The position numbers were made by a program, and so were the translations under genes. This document shows positions 24,830 to 38,216 of a DNA stretch of 64,000 bases, piece by piece. This DNA is from Octopus vulgaris (lineage: Eukaryota), in NCBI GenBank assembly GCA_951406725.2, contig OX597821.1:59830001-59894000 (forward strand), in the 5' to 3' direction. Below the pieces are notes generated by a model that saw only the letters and a program-made list of their open reading frames with translations, ran no database searches and had not been told where the DNA came from. Within the stretch, counting starts at the first letter, position 1; each line of letters begins with the position of its first letter.

Positions 24830-26645
24830 CATAGCTGCATCCTCATTACATGAGAAAAGCCATTGCCGAGAAAGACTTACTGAAATGATTCACGATTGTT
24901 GCCATGTGATGCCCTTATTTGACTTTTAAGCCTGGCCAAGCTTTTACACATTTTATTACATACTAGACAACTGTACTGGCTGGCAGTAGATTCAAGTGCC
25001 ACCATATGCACTCTCTTAACATGTTTTTTTTTAAACCTCCAACTGAAGGCACACCCTTCCACATTTTACACATGTACTGTTGAGAATTTTAATAGCCACA
25101 TCACTGTTTATCATGGGTCAATTTCTGTGAGATTTTTCGTGGCTAACCATGCCTGCACAACTCAAACACCTCCTCCCACAAACCACACACATGAAAAGCA
25201 ACACTCTCTCACTTTCCATAGGTTCCCCCCTTCTAAGCCCCCTCCTAATTCTCTCATACTTCACTCTCTCCCTCTCAAACCTTGAACAACTATCATGCAC
25301 TATCTTCCTCCATCCATCACAGTCTTGTGCCTCCCTCTCCCAATTACTAGCTGCAATTTCTGTCTGTATTAGAGCATTTTTAAGGCAATCCTTAAACCTT
25401 AGTTTAGGCTCATGCGCTGGTCTCCTGCCATCTTCCAGCTCATCATACAATAGCTGCTTGGGCAGTCATTCATCACTCATCTTTACCAGATGTCCCCCCA
25501 CCCCAAACGTCTTTGCAAAATCATTGACTCTATACGTCTACTGCCACTCCTCTCAAGCACCTCCACATTACTGATGGTCATTTTCCAGTTTATCCCCCAA
25601 ATTTTCTCAGACAGTATTGATGAAATTGTTCCAATTGCCTTACCTGCCTACTCTAAACAACCCATGCCTCACTTCCATATGGTAAAGATGGGAGGATGCA
25701 TGTGTTATATACCTTAACTTTAATTTGTGAAGATATATTATGTTGTTTCTACAGACGTCTAACAAGCCAACCAAAAGCATTACTAGCCCTGCTGATTCTG
25801 CATGAATTTTCATCCTCAAGACCAGCAGTGCTCAAGGTACTTCCTAAATAAATAAATCTAGGTGCAGTCTCCAACCTTTGACCACTCACAGTTATAAAAG
25901 GTTCCACATACATCTTGGAGGGAGCGGGCTGGTACATTATAACAGTTTTTTCTAGATTGATTGTTAGACCCAATGCTGCACATACTGCAGAAATCGCATT
26001 CACCGTGTGCTGCATATCTTTCTGGGAATGTGCCAACAGGTCACAATCATCTGCATACAGAAACTCAACGAGGTGAGAATGCAGAACTTTCATTTTGGCA
26101 GAGACTTTTGATATTGAACAGTTTTCCTGTTGCCCTATATCTTTAAAAGCTATTTGAAAGACTATTGCAAAATATATAGCAAACAGTGTAGGAGCAGGAA
26201 TATCACCTTGCTTTATACCATTTTCTACAGAAATTGGATCTGATAAGGTACCTCTAACATTAACTCTCACTTCCATCTTGTCATGAAATTGTCTAAGCAT
26301 TCTCACAAATTTTTCAGGGCATCCCAGCTTTTTTAGGATCTCCCAAAGTACAATTCTATTGATAGAATCAAGCGCTTTTGTTAGGTCAATGAAAACTTGG
26401 TATAAATCCATATCCTATTCGATGCACTTCTCTTGCAACTGTTTAGCTGAAAGTATTATAACCATAGTACTCCTGCTATCCCTAAAGCCACATTGCGATT
26501 CTGGTAGAACCTCATCAGCAATGTGCAGAAGCAATCTATCCAGCATTACACTACAGAAGACCTTTCCAGCAACAGCTAACATACAGATGCTGTGATAGTT
26601 ATCACAGACATCCGTTCCATCTTTAGATTTATATAGTATCTCCAC
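24830..26645 (-). mobile_element. 5'-truncated, decayed RTE-clade LINE (reverse transcriptase plus C-terminal C2H2 zinc fingers)
   Basis: LPESQCGFR, FIDLTKALDS, GCPEKFV, QGDIPAPTLF, FLYADD, FIYLGS motifs; CVVCGRRC..H..SH and CLVCNKMC fingers; frameshifts and stops; (TATG)n tail. Confidence 0.92.
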
Positions 26646-26863
26646 ACTTGCAGGTATTGCTGGAGGGGAAAAAGAAATGGACATCTTGTATGTATAAGGC
26701 TGGCCGAAGCTTAAAAAGGTACACCGAAACAATGAAAGTTCATATCGATAATGAAGCAAATGGCAAAAAGGGCTCTGAAATATTTTGTTCTGTGGTCTGG
26801 CCCAGCAGGTGTCCCAGGGCACCACAGCCTGGATCCAGTCGTCATCCTGCATATATATATATA

Positions 26864-27264
26864 TTGCAGCTGTGATACCAGTGCCGGTGGCACGTAAGAG
26901 AACCATCTGAACGTGGACGTTGCCAGCGCCGCCCTGACTGGCCTCGTGCCAGTGGCACGTAAAAAGCAGCATCCGTTCGTGGCCGTTGCCAGCCTCGCCT
27001 GGCCCCCATGCCAGTGGCACATAAAAAGCACCATCCGATCGTGGCCGTTTGCCAGTCTCATCTGGCACCTGTGCTGGTGGCACGTAAAAAGCACCCACTA
27101 CACTCACGGAGTGGTTGGCGTTAGGAAGGGCATCCAGCCGTAGAAACATTGCCAGATCAGACTGGGCATGGTGCAGCCTTCTGGCTTCCTAGACCCCAGT
27201 TGAACCATCCAACCCATGCTAGCATGGAAAGCGGACACTAAATGATGATGATGATGATGATGAT
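26864..27264 (+). mobile_element. Same RTE-tailed tandem-unit element (4 units); further copies 28040-28440(-), 33620-34180(-), 29870-30082(+), 6885-7046(+, 3' end)
   Basis: Repeated GTGCC(G/A)GTGGCAC(G/A)TAAAAAGCACC, then GGAAGGGCATCCAGC, 3' stem-loop CCATGCTAGCATGG and (TGA)n. Confidence 0.85.
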
Positions 27265-27467
27265 ATATATATATATACTGACAAGATTAAAAATAAAGAT
27301 TACCTCGAAGTAGCAACAGCATTACCTTTAATTCTATAATTATATACTGCCTTTTAAGACCAACACATGTTTCAATAAGAACTTTGTGTTAACTTTTAAA
27401 TAATATACTTTGAATACCTAACTGAGAGCAAACTTGTAATCACCTTGGAGTAATCCCTTACTTTTTA

Positions 27468-27509
<42 letters not shown>

Positions 27510-28459
27510 AACATACATACATACATACATACATACATACATACATTCATACATACATATATACATACTTCTTTAATGTAATTGATGGACATAAGGGAAA
27601 ACGGGACCTTATATTTAAGTTTTTCTTCTGGAAATCCTCACTGGCTTTAAAGATTGACCTCAAGTTTACAAATCTATATCTCAGACAGAATACAAAATAG
27701 CAGATACATCAAAACACAGACCAGCTGTTACATAATAGCAAAGACAGAAATGTCAACTCTACATAACAGTTACTATGATAGATATATTACTGCATGTGAG
27801 AAATTTTGAGAAAACTTGTTAGAATGCAGCAAACAAATTTCTATGAGCCAAACATTTTTTCATTTTTGATATCTAAATCTTTTAATGTTAATGTTAAGAG
27901 CAAAGCTAATATTTACAGCATTTATACTGAAATTTCAGAAATTGCTTGATTATTACTGTTCTGAAAAGATCTCAATTGCCTGAACTCAAAGTGCATTTTT
28001 GTGCATATAGTTACACACACACACACACCCATATATATAATCATCATCACCATCATCATTATCGTCATCGTTTAATGTCTGCTTTCCATGCTGGCATGGG
28101 TTGGACGGTTTGACTGAGAACTAGCTGCACCATGCTCCAATCTGATCTGGCAAGGTTTCTACAGCTGGGTGCATTTCCTAATGCCAACCACTCCAGGAGT
28201 GTAGGGGGTGCTTTTTATGTACCACTGTCATGGGAGCCAGTCAGGCAGCACTGACATCAGCCATGCTCAAATGGTGCATCTTAAGTTCCACCGGCACAGG
28301 TGTCAGTTAGGCGGCACTGGCATTGGCCATGCTTGAATGGTATTTTTTGCATGCCACCGGCATGGGTGCCAGTCAGGTAGTACTAGCATTGGCCATGACT
28401 ATGATTCCACTTGGTTCAATAGGTCTTCACAAGCATGGCACATTGGTCAATGATTGAAG

Positions 28460-28938
28460 GGTGCTGCCCTTGCTCAAGAGGGTGGCTGCTGGAAGACCCT
28501 GTGTCTGGCAACAGGACGCTGCACCATGCCACACAAGCAGGAGAACCCAGTCATGGCTGTCAGACAATTTCTGCAACCACATCACTACTGACTTCTGGCC
28601 ACCTAACTCCCCAAACTGCAACCCACTTGATTATTATGTGTGGGGTGCTGTTGAGCGAGAGACCAACAAAACTCCTTGTAACACCAAAGATGAACTGCAA
28701 GCAAAGATTATGGCAACATTCACCAACTTAAACAAGGAAACCATCCAGAAGAGTTGCAGGAGATTCCAAGCTGCCTGAGGCCATGGTTGAAGCTAATGGC
28801 GATTTTTTTGAATAAATTTACTTGTTAGTATTTCAAGATATTTTTATGTAATTTTGGTAAATATATCTGTTAAAATGAGATGTCAGTGTTATTATTATTT
28901 TTGCGTAATTTAGACGACAATTTATTCACCGCACCATG
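28460..28938 (+). mobile_element. 3' half of the same DD37D/maT element
   Basis: WQQD(37 aa)PLDY spacing counted as 37; WPPNSP motif; right TIR followed by TA. Confidence 0.85.
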
Positions 28939-30819
28939 TATACACACACACACACACATGCGTGCACGTACACACACGCACACAGTGTCCTTACTGACTG
29001 CAGCAGACAGCTTTGCTAAGCTGAACTAAATTAAATTAATATCATTGTCGACTGTAAAGTGTTTATGTGTTTTATTTTAGTTTATTTTATCCTCTTTAGT
29101 ATTTTTTTGTTTTTGCTTTGACATGGGAGACATTTTAGATTTATGTGAAGAATATGCCCTCCTTCACCTAAATTTAAGTCTAACAATAGAAGGGACCAAT
29201 AATTGAAAACGATGAGAGGAAACTAGAAGTTAAGAAGAGTTGAGGCAAGTGATAGTCTTGCCTTGGTCATCTTAGTTTTAACAATTGTGACCTAGAAACT
29301 TAACTGCCAGAGATATGAACTTCATTTTGCCTTCTTTTTCAAGTATGCTACTTGTATTATATTTTATTTTTGGCTCTTGTGGAATTAAATACAAAAACAA
29401 ACATAGAACCATGTATGCCATCAAACATATCTTCTCCTATTTATTTTCTTTTACTTGTTTCAGCCATTAGACTACAACCATGCTGGGGTACCTCCTTGAA
29501 TGGTGTAAGGTGAAAATAATCAAACCAAGTACTTATTTTTTAGGGTCTGGTACTTGTTCTCACTCTTTTTGGTGAGGTGCTAAGTTCGAGGGATGTAAAC
29601 AAAACAACACCAGTTGCAAAGTGGTTGTGGAGGAACAAACACAAGCACAAAGGCATTCCCTTACTCCCCATACTCACAAACGACAGGCTTCCTCACAATT
29701 TCCATTTACCAAATTCACTCACAAGACATTGACCAGCCTGGGAATATAGTGTAGAAATTTTCCTCAGATATGCTGCACAGTGGGACTGAACCCAAAACCA
29801 CATGGTTGCAAAGTGAGCCTCTTAACCACACAGCCATACCTGCACTTGTTAGCACATTTCAAAATACAAGGATCACCTTACTGGCACGTGAATAAAACAT
29901 TCGAATGAGGTAATTGCCAGTGCTGCTGGATTGGCTCCTGTGCAGGTGACATGTATAAAACACCATCTGAGCGTAGCCGTTGCCAGTACCACCTGACTGG
30001 TCCTTGTGCCGATGGCACGTAAAAGCACCCACTACACTCTCGGAGTGGTTGGCATTAGGAAGGGCATCCAGCTGTAGAAACTGGTCTGTTTATGTCCCCA
30101 TAACCTAGCCCTGTGGAAAAAGTAACTGATAGAAGTACCAAGTCTGAAAAAAAAAAGTCCTGGAACTGATTCGTTAGACTAAAATTCTTGAAGGTGGTGC
30201 TCTAGCTTGGCCACAGCCAAATGACTGAAACAAGTAAAAAGACAAACGAAACAACAATAAACAACAAACAAATAAACAATAAATAAACAACAATAAAAGA
30301 CAAACGAAATAACAATAAATCTTTGCTGAAAGAGAGAAAGCAGTCAGAATTTTAGTCAGTATTTCATACCATACTGGAGCAGTATTTCTTTCATTCACAA
30401 GGGCACTTCATCACTTAAAATCAAATTTGTGCCTTGACACATGAAAAAAAAAAAACAGAAAGAAAAGCTGTCAGCATTGACAAAAATTCATTTGCTCTCC
30501 ATCAACTTCTGCTGTCAACTGAAGATGACATCTATTGTATGGAGTTATATAGAGTTAGATAATCAGATTAGAAGTCATACAGTTGGTTATGCAATGTCTT
30601 GTATTCCTCATCTCCAGTCCTACTATAGCTGGTATAGCTTTCCAGCTACCAAATGTCCAATAAAATATTCATCAGTAATATATTGTGTTTTAGCCAACTG
30701 ATTACACAAAACTGTTGGATAAAGGAAATGTTTATATTATACAAATATGGTAAATTTTACATGTAAAGTAAACCCTGAATATGATGCAATATAATGAAAA
30801 TAAAAATAATTTTCTTTAT

Positions 30820-31190
30820 AGCGTAGGAGTGGCTGTGTGGTAAGTAGCTTGCTTACGAACCACGTGGTTCCGGGTTCAGTCCCACTGCGTGGGACCTTGG
30901 GCAAGTGTCTACAACTATAACCTCAGGCCAACAAAAGCCTTGTGAGTGGATTTTTTAGATGGAAACTGAAAGAAGCCCGTCGTATATATGTATATGTATA
31001 TATATATGTGTGTGTGTGTTTGTCCTCTCAACATCACTTGACAACCAATGCTGGTGTGTTTATGTCCCCATAACTTAGCGGTTCAGCAAAAGAGACTGAT
31101 AGAATAAGTACTAGGCTTACAAAGAATAAGTCCTGGGGTCGATTTGCTCGACTAAAGGCGGTGCTCAAATAACTGAAACAAGTAAAAGAG
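30820..31190 (+). mobile_element. tRNA-derived SINE with a CORE-like domain (family A), near full length; other copies at 44996-45362(+), 47331-47722(+), 29445-29845(-), 40880-41146(-), 32436-32716(-), 58970-59310(-)
   Basis: A box GTGGCTGTGTGGT, B box GGTTCAGTCCC, CORE-like ACCTTGGGCAAGTGTCT, internal (TA/TG)n, AAGTAAAAGAG tail. Confidence 0.9.
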
Positions 31191-31199
31191 TGTGTGTTA

Positions 31200-31470
31200 T
31201 CTATATATATATCTAAAACTGAGAATATGTGTCTGTCTGTCTGTCTATCTGTCTGTCTATCTGTCTGCCTGTCTGTGCGAATCCCTAAAATTTGAGAACT
31301 ACACAACCAATTTCATTCAAATTTTACACATGCCTTATGTAGGATCCATGTAGTGTCATGGGCATAAAAAAGTTTTAACTTCTTGCCTAGGGGCGAGCCC
31401 ACAGCAATATCATATCTTCTCCACTATTTCAGTATTACGTGTTAAAAGTGAAACAAAAACATCTCTCTAT
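31200..31470 (+). mobile_element. 5' part of a Helitron/DINE-like element with a (GTCT)n microsatellite
   Basis: TCTATATATAT start, (TGTC)n tract, CAACCAATTTCATTCAAATTTT motif. Confidence 0.55.
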
Positions 31471-31613
31471 TATATTCTGAGTTCAAATTCTGCTGAGGTC
31501 AACTTTGTCTTTCATCCTTTTGGGAACGATGAAGTAAGTACCAGTTGAGTACTGGAGTCGTTGTAATCGACTTACGCCCTCTCCCGAAATTGCCCTATGC
31601 CTATATTAGTAAG

Positions 31614-31852
<239 letters not shown>

Positions 31853-34800
31853 TTTTAGACAGTGAGCTGGCAGAATTGCTAGCATGCTGGACAAAATGCT
31901 TAGAGGAATTTCTTCTGGCTTGAGTCTTGAGTTCAAATTCTGCTGAGGTCACCTTTGTGTTTTCATCTTTTGAGGGTTGATGAAATAAGTACTAGTCAAG
32001 TACTGAGGTCAATGTAATTGACCAGCATATACATCTCCCCCAAAATTGCAGGCCGTGTGCCTATCATAGAAAGGAGTTATAGCTTTATCTACTTTCAATT
32101 CTAAGGGTAAAAAAAAAAAAAAATACAGAAAAATTTACTTCATATCTCTCAAAGTTTGCAAATTCCTGATACATAAATACTTTTTTGTCCTTCATTCCAG
32201 CAGTTTCGTCTTGGCTTCAAACTGCAGCCATTGTGTAAGTAATTTATGAGGAGGCACAGGAGTGGCTGTGTGGTTAGAAAGCTTCGAAATCATGTGATTT
32301 TGGGTTCAGTCCTATTGCACAGCACCTTGGAGAAGTGTCTTCTACTTTAGCCTCTGGGCTACCAAAACCTCACAAGTGGATTTGATTGACAGAAACTAGA
32401 AGTCCACCATATATATATATATATATATATATATGGTGCTAAGTTACAGGGACATAAACACACAAACATCAGCTGTCAAGCGATGGTGGGCAGGAACAAA
32501 CACAGACACACAAATACACACACACACATACACACACACACACATGTATATATGATGGGCTTCTTTCGGTTTCTGTCTACCAAATCTATTCACAAGGCTT
32601 TGGTCAGCCCAAGGCAATCGTAGAAGACACTTGCCCAAGATGCCACACAGTGGGACTGAACCCAGAACCATATGGTTGGTAAGCAAGCTATTTACCACAC
32701 AGCCACTCCTGCACCTATATAAAGATATATAAAGATTTCTAACATTTGGCACAGATATACAGCCTTAAGAAGCAATCAATTCAATAAACCTAGTATTGAA
32801 CTGTTTCTATTTTACTGACGACACTGGATGAAAGGAAAAGTGATCTTCAGTGAAATTTGAACCTACACATCGATGTATTGCATTTTCTGGTATACAGGTT
32901 CATAATAGGTAGTGTAAATATTCAAACACCATCATTATCTTTCCAAATCTTGCTGCATTTCATGTGGAATTTTTGGTCCTCCAAAATAGTCTTGGTGTAG
33001 AAGTCAGCCTATCTTTCCTTGGCTGTAAATTTTGGTCTGAAAAATTCAACTTGTATTCCAGAAAATATGGGAGGTGAATATTGGTTTCACATTTTGGCAC
33101 AAGGCCAGCAATTCAGCAATTTCAGGGGATGAAATAAGTCAATTACATTGACCCCAGTACTCAACTGGTACTTATTTTATCAACTGCAAAAGGATGAAAA
33201 GCAAAGTTGATTTCAGCAGAATTTGAACCAAGAACATAAGATAGCTGTAATGGTGCTAAACATTTTACCCATTTATAGTAAAGATTTTGCCAGCACATCA
33301 CCTTGTGGTAGGTGAATATTGTCAGGTATTTTAATTCTCAACTTTTATTGTATTTACTATTCACTTTTCCCCAGTAATTTACTGAACGAAGCAATTACTT
33401 CATGGAAGATATTAACTCAAAAGTAAGGTTGTTTATCAGGTTATTGAAGTAAAATAATTGATCAAGTTATTGAGGCTTACTAAAGGATGTAACTAACCTA
33501 CTAGCACCAGTATTCCAGTTGATCCAATCAACAGAACAGTGTGCTTGTAAAATTAACATGCAATTTGGTTGAGCACTCACAGACACGTGTACTCTTAACA
33601 TCCCCCTCCTCTTCCTCCACCTCATCATCGTTTAACATCCGTTTTTCAAGCTGGCCTGGGTTGGACGGTTTGACTGAGGTCTGGAGAGCTAGCGGCAGCA
33701 CCAGGTTCCAATCTGATCTGGCAATGTTTCTACAGCTGGATGCTCTTCCTAATGCCAACCACTCCGAGAGTGTAGTGGATGCTTTTTACGTGCCACTGAC
33801 ACAGGAGCCAGCCAGGCGGCCCTGGCATCGATCAAGTTCAGATAGTGATTTTTACATGCTGCTGGCACTTGGGCCAGTCAGGGGTACTGGCATTGGCCAT
33901 GTCCGGTTGGTGCTTTTTACATGCTATCGGCACAGGAGCCAGTCAAGTAGACCTGGCATCGACCATGTTCAGATGGTGCTTTTTAGGAGTCACCAGCATG
34001 GGAGCCAGTCAGGGGTCACTGGCCACAGCTACGATATTGGTTTTATTTGATTCAACAGGTCTTCTCAAGCATATTATATCACCTGATGCATCAGGGGTAT
34101 TCTTAACAGGGCTGGACATGCATAGCTGCGATCTCACTTTAGTTGCTGGCTCTTCTCAAACACAGCATATCTCCAAAGTCTTGAACATAGTTCACAAAGA
34201 AATTCAATGTGACACAGACTGTGACAAGTCTGGCCCTTTGAAATACAGGAACTTCTCATTTTTGCCAGCTGAGTGAACTGTTCCAGTCAATCCATTCAAT
34301 GGAACAGCTTGCTTGTAAAATTAACATACAAGTGGCTGAGCACTCCACAGACATGTGTATCCTTAATGTAGTTTTCAGGGAGATTTAGCATGATATGGAA
34401 TATAACAAGGCTGGCCGTTTGAAGAAAAGATAGTTATTCATATTTGCCTGTTGAGTAGAACAGGAAAAATGTGAAATAAAGTGTCTTGCTCAAGGACACA
34501 ACACCCTGCTGGCTATTGAACTCATAACCTTATGATTGTGAGTTGAATACCCTGACTGCTGAGCCATGCATTTTCACTAACTAAACCTCTGTTACTTTTT
34601 ATGTCACATCCTGAAGAAAACAATCAATTTAATAAACTCTAGTATAAGACTGGAGCTAATTTATTGACGCTGGACAAATGAAAGGTAAAGTGAACCTTAG
34701 TAAAATTTGAACTCAATAAACTGATGTTACAGTCTAATATCAGGTATTTAATCCATAACTCTTAACGATTTTGCTAAGTCATCATCCCTCAGTAATTTGC

Positions 34801-35648
34801 CAAACAAAGCAATTATTTCATGTAGTATATTGACTCGAAAGTAAGGCTGTCGATCAGGTTACTGAGGGTTACTAAAGGATGGAAGGAAGGTACTTTTCCT
34901 TTGTAAGAGCTGGAGCAGAAGCAGCTGTTTACTTCCTTTGTCGCCTCCCTCCATATATTAATGTCAATTCAAGAATACTCCCTCCCACTTCAATTTCGAC
35001 ATGCTTCAGTAATCAAAAAGTTAAGTTAACAGCTGTTACATGCTTTGAAAGACACATAGCTGTTAATGGCTCATAAGGCATAGCTTAACTCAGTTAAAAT
35101 CTTTCGATGAACATCATTTGAGGAATAATAAGTTAATTCAGACTACCTGATCTCTAGACATGCTATGGGAAGACAAAAGATTTCAGTTGTTGGACACAGT
35201 GTGAGACAACTGTTGTTATCGTTAGGCCTAACTCATTGTAAAGTCAATACCACCATGACTGGTATCCAAACTATAATGGAGAAGGCTAACCACTGGATTT
35301 GGTTAAAAAGAGACGATGAGCAATGGCTAGAGAAATAGTGAGCTTTATTTAACAACCAGTTGATCTAGCAAGCGGGGCCTGGTTTGTATTGATGTCATCA
35401 AGAGGTAGGCCTCGAAACGGCGCGCATTCTCTCCTGATGTCCCCATACACTTGCTGGCTTCTGGTATGCGGAGTTCTTGACTGGTAGCACTTGCATGTGC
35501 AAGCTGTTTGCAAGGCACCAATAATCCGAAAGATTTTAGGGACTCGTCAGTGTATTATGTCTTTTTTGAGTTGCTTTGCTGGAGTCACCCATCATTGCCT
35601 GAAATTGTGTAGTATTTATACAGCGGAGAACATCTTTAAAAACAATTG

Positions 35649-35684
<36 letters not shown>

Positions 35685-36769
35685 AACAAATAAAACTAAT
35701 AATAATGATAGTTTCAAATTTTGGCAAATGGCCAGCAGTTTTTGAAGTGGTGTGATCCCAGTACTTGACTGGTAGTTATTTTATCAACTCTGAAAAAATG
35801 AAAAGCAAAGTCAAATTTGGTAGAATTCCAACTCAGAATGTAAAAACGAATGAAATGCTGCTATTATTATTTATTTATTGTTTATTTCCCTATTTTTATA
35901 TCCTTTAGTGTGGTAGTGTCTCCCTTTGGTTGATGTAAACCCCACCTGTTTTGCTTTTGTGTGTTGTAACTCATCCTTTGATATTGTCCTCTATGAATTG
36001 GGGCCTTGCGGTCAATAAAAAAAAAATGGGTATTACCTCCGCCTTCGTGAAGATGGAAGTATTGTTTTCAGTCATGTTTGTTTGTTTGTATGTTTGTCCA
36101 TGGACAAGATATCTCAAGAACTGCTGGATGGATTCAAACTTTCAGGGATGTTTGGCCTCAAGATTGGCATGAACTGATTAGATTTTAGGATTGATCCAGT
36201 ATTGGACAAGGATTCTGGATTGTTATATTTACTTTACATGAAATATTATGATCTTATGTTGACTTTCAAGTCTTTCTCTGATCATCTCCCTTGAAAGCAT
36301 GCTGATGGTTTTCATGTAAGTTATGGTGGCATTGCTGTTTCCAAAGTTTTATTTTTATTTCTCTATTATTAATTTTACTCGTGACTCTATCTTAGTATAA
36401 ACTGATGGATAAAGAAATCAAACTACGTAAACAAACGGCAGCAAAACCGTTCAGAAATTAAATAACACTAACATATTCAGTAACAATAATAAATTTAATC
36501 CATCCTCGACAATTTTTAGATTTACCAATTTTGAATATATTGCTCCTGTTTAAAATCTCTTACCTACTTGACAATTGCATTTCTAGCTCTGCCTTGAAGG
36601 AAGTTTTACTTCTTGGACTCACGTTTTTGTGTGCAACGATGTTGTTAAACCTACAGCAGCGTATTTTCTTTCACACATGGATACATTTTTCACTATAGAC
36701 CTTAATGGTCGTAAAGATGATATATCAGTGGATGGACTAAAAAAGGCCTTCATAGAGAAAGAAACACTG

Positions 36770-37115
36770 CCTGCCCTTCCTGACTGAAGAGAGGTGCTTG
36801 GGTGATCTTCATTATGGACTCAGCTGATAGCCAGATATATCCTACATGTGACAGCAGGTGTTCAACACAAACCTACAAGTCAGCAATGCTTGGGCACCAG
36901 ATGAGAGCATGCAGAACAGTCTCATTGCTCTGCACACACCTCAGGCAAGCCTGGTTGATGGCACTTGCATACCTGTAGAGTTTATCCTAATCTAGCAATG
37001 CTCCCTGGTAGCACTGCCAGGTTAGGAATTTCAGGAAATTATGCATGGGCCCTGGCCCGAAAGTCCTCTGGAACAGACTAGCAAACTCATTCTCATTGAC
37101 ATCCAGAGTCTCCCC
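36770..37115 (-). mobile_element. Tx1/L1-clade LINE fragment (zf-RVT region)
   Basis: Manual translation WQCYQGALLD*DKL...CLRCVQSNETVLHALIWCP with in-frame stops matches the CxxC...ETxxH...C zf-RVT motif. Confidence 0.7.
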
Positions 37116-37132
37116 AAGAATATTGTCACACA

Positions 37133-37137
37133 ATAAT

Positions 37138-37185
<48 letters not shown>

Positions 37186-37488
37186 TAATAATAATAATGA
37201 TTTCTTTCCTTTGCCACCAGGGTGAAGGATGAGGGTGACAAACAACAACATCAATAATAGATGGATAGAAGAAATAAGCATAAAACCTAGATTAGTGCAG
37301 CTCCAGACATTGATATTATTAGGGACGGGTAGGATACTTAAGGAAGGTTCCTGGTATCTAAGGTTACTTATTGTGACTTGATGTTAGGAATTTTTTCCAA
37401 CAGTCTAGTGTAAATAATAATAATGATGATGATGATGATGATGATGATGGTGGTGGTGATGGTGATGATGATGATGATGATGATGATG
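37133..37488. repeat. (AAT)n at 37133-37197 and (GAT)n at 37423-37488
   Basis: Direct reading. Confidence 0.95.
37270..37425 (+). mobile_element. 3' remnant of an R4/Dong-like LINE in a (TAA)n context
   Basis: LQTLILLGTGRIL resembles the QKxxLLGTxxILR C-terminus of R4-clade elements; short 3'UTR then (AAT)n; another (AAT)n tract upstream. Confidence 0.45.
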
Positions 37489-37914
37489 AATAAGATTACT
37501 ATTATTAACACCATCTTTGCCATCATTTCATTTAATATCAATTTTCTATGCTTGCCTAGCAAAGAAGTGTATGTGCTTAGAATTATTGACTGCTGTGTGT
37601 CACCTTTACAAATGAGTGTTAAAATTGGGTACTATTAAAACTGGGTACCACACAGCTAAGCTATTCCCTACAGCTTTAGAATAAGTGTGTTAAAAGCATG
37701 TATTGAAGCTATCTGCCACAGCTGTTTCATTTTGTCCCTAGGCAAGAATGCAACTTTACTTGAATGCCTAAATAGAAATCATTATAGTTGCCATTATGAG
37801 AAAATTGGATTGATTAGTGGTTTACAGTGAAAAGCTTAATGGAGAGAGTGAGGAGAGAGAGAGAGAGATGTATATGTCATCATCATCGTTTAATGTCTGT
37901 TTTCCATGCTGGCA

Positions 37915-37938
37915 TACATATATACATATATACATACA

Positions 37939-37997
<59 letters not shown>

Positions 37998-38009
37998 GTA
38001 TGTATATGA

Positions 38010-38063
<54 letters not shown>

Positions 38064-38172
38064 ATATGTATGTATATATATATATATATATGTATATATA
38101 TGTATATGTATGTATATATATATATATGTATAAATATATATATATGTATACATGTATGTATATGTATGCATG

Positions 38173-38203
<31 letters not shown>

Positions 38204-38216
38204 GTGTATGTATGTA
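37915..38216. repeat. Compound (TA)n/(TATG)n/(TG)n microsatellite
   Basis: Direct reading. Confidence 0.97.

Noticed and set aside
26646-27149. N-terminal part of the 244-aa ORF
   Set aside because: Read-through of the antisense tandem-unit element into the RTE fragment; not a real protein
35395-35435. GAGG-TAGG-CCTC-GAAA stem resembling hammerhead stem II
   Set aside because: No upstream CUGANGA box
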